Shown piece after piece: positions 1 to 14,689 of a stretch of DNA of 64,000 nt (positions within the stretch are counted from its first letter, which is position 1; every line of letters starts with the position of its first letter). Position numbers and translations under genes: made by a program. The notes below the pieces were generated by a model that was given only the letters and a program-made list of their open reading frames with translations, was not told the DNA's origin and did no database searches. The stretch is from NCBI GenBank assembly GCA_964016885.1, contig OZ024740.1, positions 411,680,001-411,744,000 of the forward strand, written 5' to 3'. Source of the stretch: Eledone cirrhosa (taxonomy: Eukaryota).

Positions 1-274
1 ATCGCCTGGGAACTTAGCTGAGAACAGACTTCCTGATGACGAAAGGCTTTTACACGCTTCCCATTTGGAAACCATGTTTATTCCCTTTCAGAAACTAATT
101 AGCTGGAGTGAAATTTTAGTAACTAAGTTAATTTTTATAATTTTCTTATTTTACGTCTTTCATATAATTGTTCTGCATCCCCTTGCATTGAACCACAAAA
201 TTACTAAGACAAAACCTATATATTTGCTAGCATAGGTATGTATCTGTATATATATGTTGGTAGATATACTAATT

Positions 275-276
<2 letters not shown>

Positions 277-330
<54 letters not shown>

Positions 331-376
331 ATATATATATATAAATGTATGTATTGGTATATATACATATATATAA

Positions 377-467
<91 letters not shown>

Positions 468-494
468 TGTGTGTATTTATATATATGTACACCT

Positions 495-530
<36 letters not shown>
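277..530. repeat. Compound (TA)n/(CA)n/(TG)n microsatellite
   Basis: Directly visible; source of the spurious YIYI/THTH ORFs. Confidence 0.95.
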
Positions 531-531
<1 letters not shown>

Positions 532-1128
532 TAAGTTTATCCGGGTTGAATCGGAGGTTACCACAGTAAGTATGGTACTCAATACATAGCAGAGTATAAA
601 AGTTTTAATATAGATAAGATCCTACAGGACTAGAACTGTTTCATTCATTAGACATCATCAGCAATCTGGCTGTCCAAAATAAATATTGTGGTATTTATAT
701 ATTTTCAGGTAGTAGGAGAGGGTGGGGAGTGGTATGGGTGGAGGTCATTGCTTGAAAGAAAAGGAAATTGATTAAAAGCTAATTCTATAAGGCTATCATT
801 TATATTTAGAGTGACAAAGGCAGAAAGAATTCTATAAGCAAGTTCAGATTGTGGTGCCACTCCTTATTTTAAAGTTTCTCTTAAGCTAACAATGCCTATA
901 TTTCAGGTGTCTATAAGATGGTTAGGGGTCGGTCATGGTGGATGGATTTAAAGAAAAGGGAAATTCTTTAAAAGCTAATTCTTTAAAGCTCTACTTATAG
1001 TGACAAAGGCCAAGAGAATTCTATAAACCAGTTCAAAATATTGGGTGCCTATCATATCATTATTGTCATGTTTCTCTTAAGCTAAATTCCAGGTGTCAAC
1101 AGACACATTCGCATACACGCCCCCCCCT

Positions 1129-1169
<41 letters not shown>

Positions 1170-1176
1170 TATATAT

Positions 1177-1221
<45 letters not shown>

Positions 1222-1254
1222 CACATACATACATATATATATACACATATACAC

Positions 1255-1297
<43 letters not shown>

Positions 1298-1440
1298 CAC
1301 ACATATATACACATACACACACATATATATATATACATATATAAATATACACATGTACAAACATATACAAAAACATCTACAGAAATACACATATACACAC
1401 ATATACAAAATACATAAAACCACATACACAAATATATATA
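531..1440 (-). mobile_element. Non-coding HHR-bearing PLE pseudo-LTR / retrozyme-like element (family alpha, copy 1)
   Basis: Its reverse complement matches ~16380-17163 (including the embedded compound microsatellite) and 14639-14771; it contains an HHR and sits in (TA)n. Confidence 0.75.
617..667 (-). ncRNA. Type I hammerhead ribozyme (family alpha)
   Basis: Minus strand: agattg-CUGAUGA-ugucuaaugaau-GAAAC-AGuucuagucCU-GUA-ggaucu. Stem III ACAG/CUGU; stem I imperfect. Confidence 0.7.
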
Positions 1441-1465
1441 TATATATATATACACATATATATAC

Positions 1466-1507
<42 letters not shown>

Positions 1508-1532
1508 CATATATATATACATACACGCATAT

Positions 1533-1565
<33 letters not shown>

Positions 1566-1580
1566 GATAAATATATATAT

Positions 1581-1684
1581 GAACCAGTAAGACCCCGACA
1601 GCTGAGCTCAAGCCGTTTCGACGGCTAATTAGCGAATTAGCCGTCGAAACGGCTTGAGCTCAGCTGTCGGGGTCTTACTGGTTC
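1581..1684. repeat. Perfect 50-bp inverted repeat (4-nt loop) at the 5' junction of a truncated PLE
   Basis: gaaccagtaagacc...cggctaatt AGCG aattagccg...ttactggttc. Confidence 0.95.
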
Positions 1685-1839
1685 CTATTACCCACTCTAC
1701 TACCTTATGCAAACTATGGCTGAACGTAACCGTCGAGATACTAAGAGGTGGAAGCGGCCTGATAAACCTCAGAACCGACTTCTTCGGGACATGCAGACAC
1801 CTTAGAGCCGGGACCTTTCTCAAGATATATGGACAGTAG
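1635..1839 (+). pseudogene. 3' fragment of a PLE GIY-YIG endonuclease ORF
   Basis: CKLWLN...EIL...LINLRTDFFGTCRH parallels CRLCLAE...AINYRSDIFVNCRH of the PLE ending at 9602; a related stretch lies at ~36160-36235. Confidence 0.7.
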
Positions 1840-3108
1840 CAACACAAGAAGATGTGAACTCCCCTCAAGCTATAGGGACTTCTACAGAACATGAAAACAC
1901 CTATCGGCCAGACCTCCCTCAAGCTATATGGGCAGTAACAACACCCTAGGTTGTGAACTCCCCTCAAACCATAGGGAACAACCCAGGCTGAGCAGACACC
2001 ATGATAGCCTAGAGATAGAATCGGACACAGCCATTATAATTTGGCCAACATCTATATAACACAAACATTTTTAATTTACTAGATTTCTGATTTTCAAGTT
2101 CCAATCTTAAATCTTGATTTCTCTTTATTAATTTGTTATTTGTTTTCTGCCTTCTTCACTGTATCACCTTATATTTATTTTTAAGTTGAGATTGATTATA
2201 ACACAAACACATTTAGTTTGATTATCTCATCTTAACATCTTGTCTCATACCAATCTATCCAACATATTCTGACCTTGAGATTGGTTATAGCACACACACA
2301 CTTTATCCTACATTATTTCTCACTTCTCCATATTCATTTTCATTACTTTTTCACCAATTTTTCATTTATTCTTTACTCTTTATTCTCTATTTATTTATTT
2401 TCAAATTATACAAAATATATTAATTATTTTATTATATTATTTATTTATTTTCTGTTTTCTTCATTTATTGCCTTATATTTCTTCATATACATGGAAGACC
2501 CCCCCCCCACCACCACCACTATTATGGTGGCAGGAGGGATGAAGAAAAAACACACACTGGATACTTCTAAATTGATAGCAGCAGCAAGATATAAGCTGAC
2601 CACAACACCAACAACACTACCAAAATAATGGTAGAGGTCAAATGTACTGCACAATAGCAGGCAAAAGCACTACAGGGAGCCTCACCCCAGAAAGAATTCT
2701 ATAGACTTCTGACTGAGGAATGCTCTCAGAACTAACCAATGGGAAGTTTGACACTTTTTTGGTTATTTTGTTCCTTTAACACCTTGTCCCTTCTACCATT
2801 TTATCATTTTTTAAGCTAACTCCAACAATAACAACACTTAGAATGAGGAATGTTCTAATAACTGACCAATGAGAGGAGAAGAGGACCTTTGACACTGAAA
2901 TTCGTTTGTTTGAATTCATATGACTCCAGTTCCTCAGTGAAATAACAACCCAACAGGGAACTGGGCATATCAGAGTATTGACAATATTATACACCTAAAC
3001 AACATATGTACTTGTCTATACCATACTAATTCAAACTGGCTGTCACTGAAATATATATAGCAGTAATAAACGAAGCTAAATTTTAATCATTTGACTTTTA
3101 TTTAACTT

Positions 3109-3337
<229 letters not shown>

Positions 3338-3860
3338 TCTATATATTTATTTCAACAATGTCATTATTCCGTGTGTCATAATTCTCGATTATCATTGGTT
3401 CATAAGTTTCAATCGACTCTGCCCAGCTCAACGACGCCAAACTTAAATTAATATGCATAATGTCAATGAGGGAGTGAGAGAGGAGAGTAAGAAACAGAGA
3501 GGCAAAGTGAACGCTGTAACTATTACCATGTGTGCGTGTGTATGTACGTGCGCGTATGTTTATGTGTATGTACATGCGCGTATGTTCATCTGTGTGTGCC
3601 TGCGTGCAGCGTTCCACAGAAAGTAAAAGCATTTCGACTTTATCAAACTGTGAACTACAACCGCGATGGTGTGCAGCCATGAATGAAGAAAAACGGGCCG
3701 AACTGCACCATCGGAACGCCGAACTTCAGAGGCGAAGACGTGCCGCCATGAATGAAGAGGAGCTGTCTGAACAACGCCAACGAAACACTGGAGCCAAGCA
3801 GCGACGGTGTGCTGCGATGGTTGAAGACGAACTGGCTGAGCATCATCTTTTATATTAATT
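3338..3860 (+). mobile_element. Probable 5' fragment of a Helitron (start of a RepHel-like ORF)
   Basis: A|TC start. The repeated MNEE(K/E)..E...RN....RRR.AA unit resembles the charged N-terminal repeats of RepHel proteins; adjacent to a Helitron end. Confidence 0.4.
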
Positions 3861-3867
3861 ATCAATA

Positions 3868-4217
3868 TCTATATCTACATATAATATAAAAGATTGGAAC
3901 TTCTATCATTTTTTTGAGTAAGGAACAACCACGTCTATCCAATGATACACGTTTTACAGTCAGGCAGAAGATGAACGACCTCCTAGAGGTCACTATTCCA
4001 CAGGTTACTATTCTAGAATTGTTCATATACTATGGCCAAACGGTACAACGAAGAATCAGGTATATCTGGATGATTTCTTTTACTTTTTTTTGTATCACAC
4101 AAACACCACGAACTCGCCTCATACTGTAACCCGACAAACACCAATACAGTCATTTTCTGTTTTACCTGTTCTCTCTTATCATCTGTTTACCCGGGCGAAG
4201 CTGGGTGCCTCAGCTAG
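3868..4217 (+). mobile_element. Non-autonomous Helitron
   Basis: 5' A|TCTA(T/C)AT..., subterminal hairpin ACCCGG-gcgaag-CTGGGT, 3' CTAG|T (A-T target, no TSD). Confidence 0.75.
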
Positions 4218-4271
4218 TATATATATATACATACATATATATACATATACACACACATATATACACACACA

Positions 4272-4342
<71 letters not shown>

Positions 4343-4343
4343 T

Positions 4344-4395
<52 letters not shown>

Positions 4396-4446
4396 AATAA
4401 ACACATATATACATACATATACATATATATATATATATATATACAT

Positions 4447-4489
<43 letters not shown>

Positions 4490-4551
4490 CACACATACAT
4501 ACACATACATATACATATAAACACATATACACATATATACATATATATATA

Positions 4552-6460
<1,909 letters not shown>

Positions 6461-6497
6461 CTCTCTCTCTCTATATATATATATATATGTATATATA

Positions 6498-7460
6498 TAA
6501 CAACTAGAAATTGATTAACATATAAATAAACATATGAAACAATCACAGGGGCTAATTTTTACAAGTCTGTAAGCACACATAGCTAGGTAGCTAACTAAAT
6601 AAAGTAAACTAGAACTTAAAAAATAGATACCTTATAATATGATTAATCTTCCCTGTATATATTCCATTAAAGAAATATATTTCACCAATTAATCGAATGG
6701 TAAACCACGGTGGCCGATACTTGGATTTTCAACAAGGAAGAAGTCCAGCCATATCACGGGTGCGCCATAGTACGCCATATCACGCCAGAAAGGCGTGCGC
6801 CATACCACGGGTGATATGGTGCATGCCTTTCTGGCATGACACCCATAATTTTGATTTAGATTAAATTCACTTTGATTTATCTTAATTTTGGATATAGATA
6901 TATAAATACGGCTCCTTAATTGTAGAGCTAACACTGTTGAAAGGACTTGACTGCTGTTTCTAGTTGTCGATAACCCTATTCACGCCACTGGTACGAAGCT
7001 GGTATGATGTGTGTATTTTTAGTAGATACAGCACGTGTTACTAGCCAGTCGCTGATTTGGAGTTAATGCGTAAACACAGATGGCTGGACTTCTTCCCTAT
7101 TGAACATCCAAGTATCGGCCTTTGTGGTTTACCATTCGATTAATTGGTGAAATATATTTCTTTAATGGAATATATACTGGGAAGATCAATCATATTATAA
7201 GGTATTTTTGAAGTTCTAGTTAACTTTATTTAGTTAGCTACCTAGCTATGTCTTCTTACACACTTGTAAAAATTATCCCCTGTGATTGTTTCATATGTTT
7301 ATTTATATGTTAATCAATTTCTAGTTGTTATAAATTGCTCGGACCTATTCATTAGAATCTTGGAGCTTATTTTACAGGTCATATGGCGCATGCCTTTCTG
7401 GCATGACACGCATAATTTTGATTTAGATTAAATTCACTCAGATTTATCTTAATTTTGGAT
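6498..7460. mobile_element. Non-coding foldback element with inverted and direct repeats
   Basis: ~255-bp inverted arms 6498-6752 / 7080-7331; direct repeat ~6813-6895 / 7381-7460; flanked by (TA)n. Confidence 0.7.
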
Positions 7461-7532
7461 ATATATATATATATATATATGTTGAAAGGATAACAAGGAC
7501 GATTGATTACTCCTTCGTTGCATTTATTGATA

Positions 7533-7617
7533 GGTGACGCGCGTTTCGCCACTGATCAGCTGAAGGTTCGATCTATATCGATCCTACCCGACTCAATAAT
7601 CGACGGCTCGACGGGCC
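7533..7617 (-). ncRNA. HHR-like motif with variant core CCGUCGA (PLE-B)
   Basis: ggc-CCGUCGA-gccgucgauua...ugaucaguggc-GAAAC-GCGC-GUC-acc, followed by AAUAAA. Confidence 0.65.
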
Positions 7618-8374
7618 CTTTTAAAATGCTATAAGAAGATGAAATACATGCTATGTGGTAAAGTCAGAGTTTCAAGAGTTTGACAAAATGAGTTGTTTCG
7701 ATTGGTGGGAAGGATCAAGGGGATGTACTGGCCTGTAGTGTATGCGGGGCTGATGTGATGGTGAGATGTTGGTGACGGTCGGTGGATGAGATGGGCTGTG
7801 GTGTGGCGGTGGTGGTGGGTTGTCCTTGGCCTGTAGTGTATGTGGGAGTGGATGTGATATGATGGTGGTTATGGTCGCTTACTGGAATGGGCTGTGGTAT
7901 GAGGTTAGTGGGTGGTCGGTAGACGGGTTGTCGTGTGTGGGGGTGTGGTTGTGGTGTTGGTGTTTATGGTAGTGGCGTTTGTGGTGGTATGGTGGATGTG
8001 TTGGTGGTGTCGAGTCCTTACGGAGATACATAGCTAGACGCTCTTCGTTTTATATATGTATACACATACACATATGTATATATGCGCATATATATTGATG
8101 TATAAACATACACAACACATACGCACACCCTCGCCCACACATATCCACCCACACACATATAGAGCCATATGTATATATAGACACATGTATGTGCATGCGC
8201 ACATGCGGACACAAATATGGAGAGTGGGGGAGTATCGGTGGGGGTGGCGAAGGACAGAGATGGAGGGAAGGTGAGAGCCAATGGAAAAGGTGTTATACAT
8301 ATATACATACACATACATACACTCATACACACATACAGATATGCGCACATACACGCACACACACGTATACATAA

Positions 8375-8408
<34 letters not shown>

Positions 8409-8519
8409 GTATACACACACACATATATATATATATACACATATACATAGACACACACACACACACACATACACATACATGCACACATACGCACACATAT
8501 ACACATACACAGATTCACC

Positions 8520-8567
<48 letters not shown>

Positions 8568-9298
8568 AACACATATATATGCGTACACGCACGCATATTT
8601 ATACGCCCGTATATGTAAAACATACTTACACACAGACACACCCACTTGCGTCGGTTCGGGAGGGGAGGTATGTGTTGGCGGTGTTGATGAAGTATGGAGT
8701 TGTGTCTTGTGGTGGTGGTGGTGGAGTTGTGAGCGACAAAAATATAAAGGATCGAATAGTGCGATAGATTACAGGTTAAATGGTGACATAGGGAACGCGG
8801 GGGAGAAGAGTTTATGGACGTATGGCGATGTGTGTTGTGGTCATGGTTGTGGTGGTGGTGCTGGGGTCATATGTTCGACAAAATGATTACATGATCAGAA
8901 GTTACGGTGTGATACAGGGTAAGGCAGACCGGGTGGGGGGATATAATACAGTCGATCTGTGAGTGAGTGATGATATGTGTTGTTGTTAATGATGTTAATG
9001 ATTGTTGAAGTATGTGGATGTATCAAGTGGTGGCGGTGGTTGTGTGCGCGCGACAGTACATTTACAGGGTCGAATTTAGCGTGGGTTGTAGGTTAGGGTA
9101 GATAGAGGGAACATGGGGGATAAGGTTGCGTGTGTGTATGGTTGACATATGACGATGTGTGGTGTGGTGGTGGTGGCGATGGTGTGATATGATCGACATT
9201 GTATTTACAAGATCCGATGTTACTAAGGAGTGTAAGGTAAAACCTATCATAGAAGACCGATCGAACACAATGTTGCAAGGATGAGGGGTGTATGGCGA

Positions 9299-9623
9299 TG
9301 TGATGTTTGGTGGGGGTGATGTATGCGACATGATATACAAAATACGGGCTTAGAAATGGTTACATGCAGTACAATAAAATAAATTCGCTGAGATGGGCGA
9401 TGGTGAGACGGGTAGAGGTGGTTATTATTATACTGGGTCATGGTTAGTGTGATTTTTGGTGGGGGTGATGTATGCGGCATGATATTCAAAATACGGGCTT
9501 ACAAATGGTTACATGCAATACAATAAAATAAGATAAAATAAAATAAAATTAATAAATTCGCTGAGATGGGCGATCGTGATACGGGGCAGAGGTGGTTATT
9601 ATTAATGTGGGTCATGGTTAGTG
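9299..9623. repeat. Tandem duplication (~150-175 bp x2) in the PLE-B 3' UTR
   Basis: The block ggtgggggtgatgtatgcg...aaatacgggctt...aaattcgctgagatgggcgat...gggtcatggttagtg occurs twice. Confidence 0.85.
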
Positions 9624-12151
9624 CGTGGCCCTCCCCCGAATGTTTGTGCGGAAAAGGTGTTCAGCCTGGTGTGTCTGCAATTGACAAATATATCCGACCT
9701 ATAGTTTATGGCGGATTTTAATTTAATTATTTCTGCCGCCTCAGCCAGGCATAATCTGCAGTGGTTTCTGTCACTGGGGAGTTGTGCCACGCGTCTTTTC
9801 ACTGACCACGAGATCTGGGGTTCAATATTCCTGCTCTTGAGGTCCCAGATCAAATCGACCAGTCTGGTTTGGGGTTGTTTCAGTGTATGTTTGAAGGAGC
9901 TTCTGTGGTTATACCTGCGCTCCTTAAACATAGTGCATGTCGCACCTATATATGAGTACTCCTTATTGCCGGCTGTGACATCACACCGGTAAACAATATT
10001 TTTAACGAGGCACTCCCCGTTTAGTGGGCATTCGGCCCGTTTTTTGCAGTTGCAGTTGGGTGTAACCGGTGTGGTGGCACGTTGGCGTTTGGTGTCATGC
10101 GGTGTGGGTCTGGTGTGTGGGTTGTTGTGTTGTGTGTGTGGTTTCGTTCTGGGTTGTGGTGGTGGTTTGTTGCGGGGAAACCATGTGTTTTCGTATTTTT
10201 GCCCTATTAGTGTGTGCTATTGTGTGGCCTAGATTTGGTGCTGTGGAGAAAGAGAATTTGACGGTGTGTCTATTGAAGAGCTTGTGGTATTTATGTGTGC
10301 GTGGAAAAGATTGTTCGAGAGCCCTGAAGAAGGTTCCTGGTATGTTAGTGGCGACGTGTATAGAATACGGAGCGTTATACCATGTGACAGGTCTACTTCG
10401 GTTTCTGCGGTGTTTAGTGAGGTTTTTGTGATTGGGTGATAGTTTGTGTGTGTTTTGGTCAGGCGTATGTGTCATAGTGGTTCCAAGTAATCTATTGGCG
10501 TTATGTCTTTTGTCTCTATTGCTACGGAAACGTGTGCGATAGTCGGAGTCGTTATTGGGGTTGGAGAGTATGGCTTTATCTCCTAGACAGTTATGTATGG
10601 CTACGGAGGGTCTTAGGTTATTGTTTGTCCTAGGTGTGGAGATTTCTTCTACGTTCGTTTCTAAGGGTTCGGTTATGTTTAGCGGCGTTACAGTTCTATT
10701 TGGGTCGATGTAAGAAATCCTCTCAGAGTTACAAGCGTTTACAAGTGCTGAGTTGTAGTATTCCGCGTGCTGTTTGAAGATGTTTCCATTAGGCGACAGG
10801 GTGGACACTCTATTGGAGACGCTTTTAACTATAGAGTGAATTATGCTCCTAGGGTGGTTGGAGTGTCTGTTGACGTATTTAAGATTTTCATTAGGTTTGT
10901 GGAATTAGGTTTGTGGAATGGACGGTAGAGGCTTGTGTCTAATTCTAAAAAGTTTACTGTCCTATTGTTAGGTTCAATTTCTACTGCTAAACCTTGGGTC
11001 CTAAAGTTGTACCTAAGTCGTTTGTGTGGTCTATCCACTTGGCTATTATTGATTCCACGGGTCAATAGTAGGGCATCGTCACGGTATAAGCCACCGCCCA
11101 AGGAGGGGATCTCGTCTGTTAATATATTTAGGAGGTATATGCCTACTATATCTGTAACCTGTGCGGAGTCAGTCGATCCCATGGTGATGTCGAAGCTATC
11201 TGGTCTATTCTGTCGTTCCCACAATCTTCCGTCGAATTCTAGTAAAGTTTTCCTAGCTGTTATTATTATGCCCACTTCCTTTCTAGTGAGGCTTGATCTG
11301 TTCATGGCTGAGATCAGTGCCTTGTTAAGGATGATTGGGGATAGAGATGCGTAGTAGTTCGTAATGTCCAATTGGACTAATCGAACATTCGACTTAGTTT
11401 AAATGGCACAAAACCAGTCGATTACCTCCTTTGTACAAGACCATAGGCTTAGTATAGTTCTATTTCTAAGTTCAGGTATAATTCGGTCAATGATTGATTT
11501 TCTAAGTCTACCTAGGTCCGATTTGGAAGGGGCTATGAGCCTGACCGGTAGTTTTGACGGGTAGTCCGGTTTATAGTCTTTAATTGATAGTCTCGGTGCC
11601 CTAGGTTTGTAGGGATAGGTCCTATCGTCAATACTCAGTTCGGTCATTATTGTTTTCGCCTGTTTGTTTATGTGTGCTAGGTTTTCTCGTGTTGATGTTT
11701 TGTATATTTTAGCGATTTCGTTTGTAATGCATTTGTTGTAGGTTTTGTACTCCAAATTATATAGGTTTCCTGTTTTATCGGCTGGTACGATTATGCCAGT
11801 GCTATTTTTGATCTTTTTTTATGGTTGAGGCAAGCCCAGACAGGAATGCACTTCTGTCAGGGTTTCGCGGTGGTTTCCTGAATCTAATGGTCCGGATCAT
11901 GGTAATGATCCTGCTCTCAAACTCCTCTAGGAGTGGGTTGTGCGGTGGGTTTTTCGTTGATTTAAAAATATTTTTATGTGGTTAGTGGAATCGTCATTTG
12001 ATCCAGGGGCCCTCCGGTTGTTGTAGTGGTAGGCCCTCCAACATATCCTCCTGATGAAATTATTAGTCTGCTTTAGTAATAGGCCAATGTAGACATCTTC
12101 CGAAGGTATAGGTATGTCCTTTAGGGAGGAAGTCTTGTAGAACAATTCCAT
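9602..12151 (-). pseudogene. PLE RT-GIY-YIG polyprotein (frameshifted)
   Basis: MELFYKTSSLKDIPIP; QLDITNYYASL; TMGSTDSAQVTDIVG; GLYRDDAL; PFHKPN; WYNAPY; CNCKKRAECPLNGEC; IVYRC...SYIGAT...FKERRYNH; CRLCLAE; CRH. Confidence 0.92.
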
Positions 12152-13046
12152 GGTGTTCCAGATGTATATAGGTGAATCTGTGTGTATGCGTATATGTGTG
12201 CGTATATGTGCATGTATGTGCATGTGTGTGTGTGTCTGTGTATAAATGTGTATATATATATGTGTGTGTATACGTGTGTGTGTGTGTATGTTTATGTATA
12301 CGTGTGTGTGTGTGTATGTGCGCATATCCGTATGTGTGTATGAGTGTATGTATGTGTATATATAAATGTATAACACCTTCTCCATTGCCTCTCACCATCC
12401 CTCCATCTTTGTCCTTCGCCACACCCACCGATACTCCCCCACTCTCCCTATATGTGCCCGCATGCGCGCATGCACATACATGTGTCTATATATACATATG
12501 GCTGTATATGTGTGTGTGTGTGGATATGTGTGGGCGAGGGTGTGTGTTGTGTTGTGTGTGTTTATACATCAATATATATGCGCATATATACATATGTGTG
12601 TGTGTATACATATATAACACGTATTTGTCAGACGAAGAGCGTCTAGCTATGTATCTCCGTAAGGACTCCACCACACCACCACAAACGCCACTACCATAAA
12701 CAACAACACCACAACCACACCCCCACACACGACAACCTGTCTACCGACAACCCACTAACCTCATACCACAACCCATCCAAGTAAGCCACCATAACCACCA
12801 TCATATCATCACATCCACCTCCACATACACTACAGCCCAAGGCCAACCCACCACCACCACACCACAGCCCATCTCATCCACCCACCGTCACCAACTTCTC
12901 ACCATCACACCCACCCCCATATACACTACAGGCTAGCACATCGCCTTGAACCTTCCCACCAATCAAAACAACTCATTTTGTCAAACTCTTGAAACTCTGA
13001 CTTTACTACATAGCATGTATTTCATTTTCTTATAGCATTTTAAAAG

Positions 13047-13131
13047 GGTCCGTCGAGCCGCCGATTATTGAGTCGGGTAGGATCGATACAGATCGAACCT
13101 TGAGCTGATCAGTGGCGAAACGTGCGTCACC
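13047..13131 (+). ncRNA. HHR-like motif with variant core CCGUCGA (PLE-B)
   Basis: Stem I ggu/acc; CCGUCGA; 11-bp stem II (one mismatch) gccgccgauua/ugaucaguggc; GAAAC-GUGC-GUC; AAUAAA follows. Confidence 0.7.
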
Positions 13132-13283
13132 AATCAATAAATGCAATGAAGGAATAATCAATCGTCCTTGTTATCCTTTCAATATATAACACACTGTATA
13201 GCTCTACACCTCATCACAGAAGTGAACCTAAACATCGAGTGCTCGCCCGGGTGAACCTGCAGTAACTCCAAGTTACACCCCCT

Positions 13284-13336
<53 letters not shown>

Positions 13337-13367
13337 CGTCGTATGTGTGTATATATGTGTGTATATG

Positions 13368-13407
<40 letters not shown>

Positions 13408-13412
<5 letters not shown>

Positions 13413-13630
13413 TACATGAATCAAAGTTCTGTTCAAACCATTTATTCGCTTACAATTGTTTCTTCCAAACCGAGGTTTGGCGTCTTCGGAGCAATTTTTC
13501 AATGATTATTTACATACATGACCTCCTTTCCAACACAAGAGACATACAGAATCATATGTATATATTGATGCACAGTGGGTTGACATCCATTATAATATTT
13601 TAGCATGGCAATTTACATTCAAAGATTAAA
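13408..13630 (-). mobile_element. HHR-bearing PLE 3' end (family delta, copy 1); probably extends to ~14120
   Basis: Reverse complement of ~36980-37200; 14041-14115 also matches 36857-36930. Confidence 0.75.
13447..13493 (-). ncRNA. Minimal type I HHR with core CCGAAGA
   Basis: ugcu-CCGAAGA-cgCCAAAC-cucg-GUUUGGaa-GAAAC-AAUU-GUA-agcg, then AAUAAA. Confidence 0.75.
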
Positions 13631-14290
13631 GTCATATTAAAAGAAAACAAAATTAAAGTTAAAATACAACATTAGCAGTTTACGAAGATAATGCAAGAGG
13701 ATAGTTAGAAGTAGCTAGTGTATGCAATACTTACACGTGGGGCATGCACGTGTGTCTTATTTATATAAGATTATAGTGCGGCAGGGTATTATATGTAATA
13801 CAAACACTTTAAGCGGGCAATCAAGAGTATTATGGGGGTTGTATTGTATTTTTTTATGTATGATATAGAAGCTTGTGTGCAGAGAAATATTAAAAATATT
13901 AAAAATAAGAAGCAAAACAATGTTATGGTTTTAGTATACACCAACATTTTCACAATCCAGGAAACGTAATATATATATTATATGTCCTTCACATAATCAA
14001 CGATGATTCAATATTGGATGTTTGATGAATTAAGTTAGAATATTACAGCTTGTTGTTCTTTAATCAAATATTATAGAGCAGGTTGTTTTTGTTGCGAGAA
14101 TTAACATCGTATTATTTTCCGGAAGTGTGTGTGTGATTGAGGGGAGTTAATGCATGAGGGGAGGTAACTAGGTGATTTCTACAACTAAATTTATTATCCT
14201 AATGTACATTAAATGGTGTCTCAAATGAGTCCCTATCATATAAGGTTATAAACAGTTTCTAAATTTAATATATATATATATATATATATA

Positions 14291-14520
14291 TCATTTAATT
14301 TATTGAATTATTGAGATTTTTTATCTGAGTGTCCCGAATCTTCCGTAATCGCAAATTTTCGATCGTGCGATTGATTATAGACTTGTTCTGTGTGTGACGG
14401 TATTTTAACGATAGTTATAGCTCGTATTCATCTAAATTAGTGAGCACTCTGCCGCTCATATCGAATTTTGTTTATCGTGAACTCGTACGCCGATTTTTCG
14501 ATACTCGATCATTCTAATAT
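14291..14520 (+). repeat. Diverged copy of the repeat at 26276-26538 / 26898-27163
   Basis: Shared blocks cccgaatcttcc, ttaacgatagttatagctc, ctctgccNctcatatcg, gatactcgat. Confidence 0.75.
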
Positions 14521-14586
14521 ATAAATATATATATATATGTATATATGTATATATATGTGTATATGTGTATATGTATATATATATGC

Positions 14587-14628
<42 letters not shown>

Positions 14629-14638
14629 GCATATATAT

Positions 14639-14689
14639 AGATTCCTGATGATTTCTAATGAATGAAACAGTTCTAGTCCTGTAGAATCT
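14639..14689 (+). ncRNA. Type I HHR (family alpha) at the start of a 133-bp solo fragment (14639-14771)
   Basis: AGAUUC-CUGAUGA-uuucuaaugaau-GAAAC-AG..CU-GUA-GAAUCU with a perfect 6-bp stem I. Confidence 0.8.

Larger units (their letters stand above)
7482..13162 (-). mobile_element. Near full-length Penelope-like element (PLE-B) with inverted ~1-kb pseudo-LTRs
   Basis: Arms 7482-~8530 and ~12162-13162 are reverse complements, each with an HHR-like motif; an RT/GIY-YIG ORF lies between them. Confidence 0.9.

Noticed and set aside
30-85. CTGATGA-C-GAAA hammerhead-like string, and an open frame at 2-235
   Set aside because: No convincing stems I-III; the frame has no start, splice support or homology.
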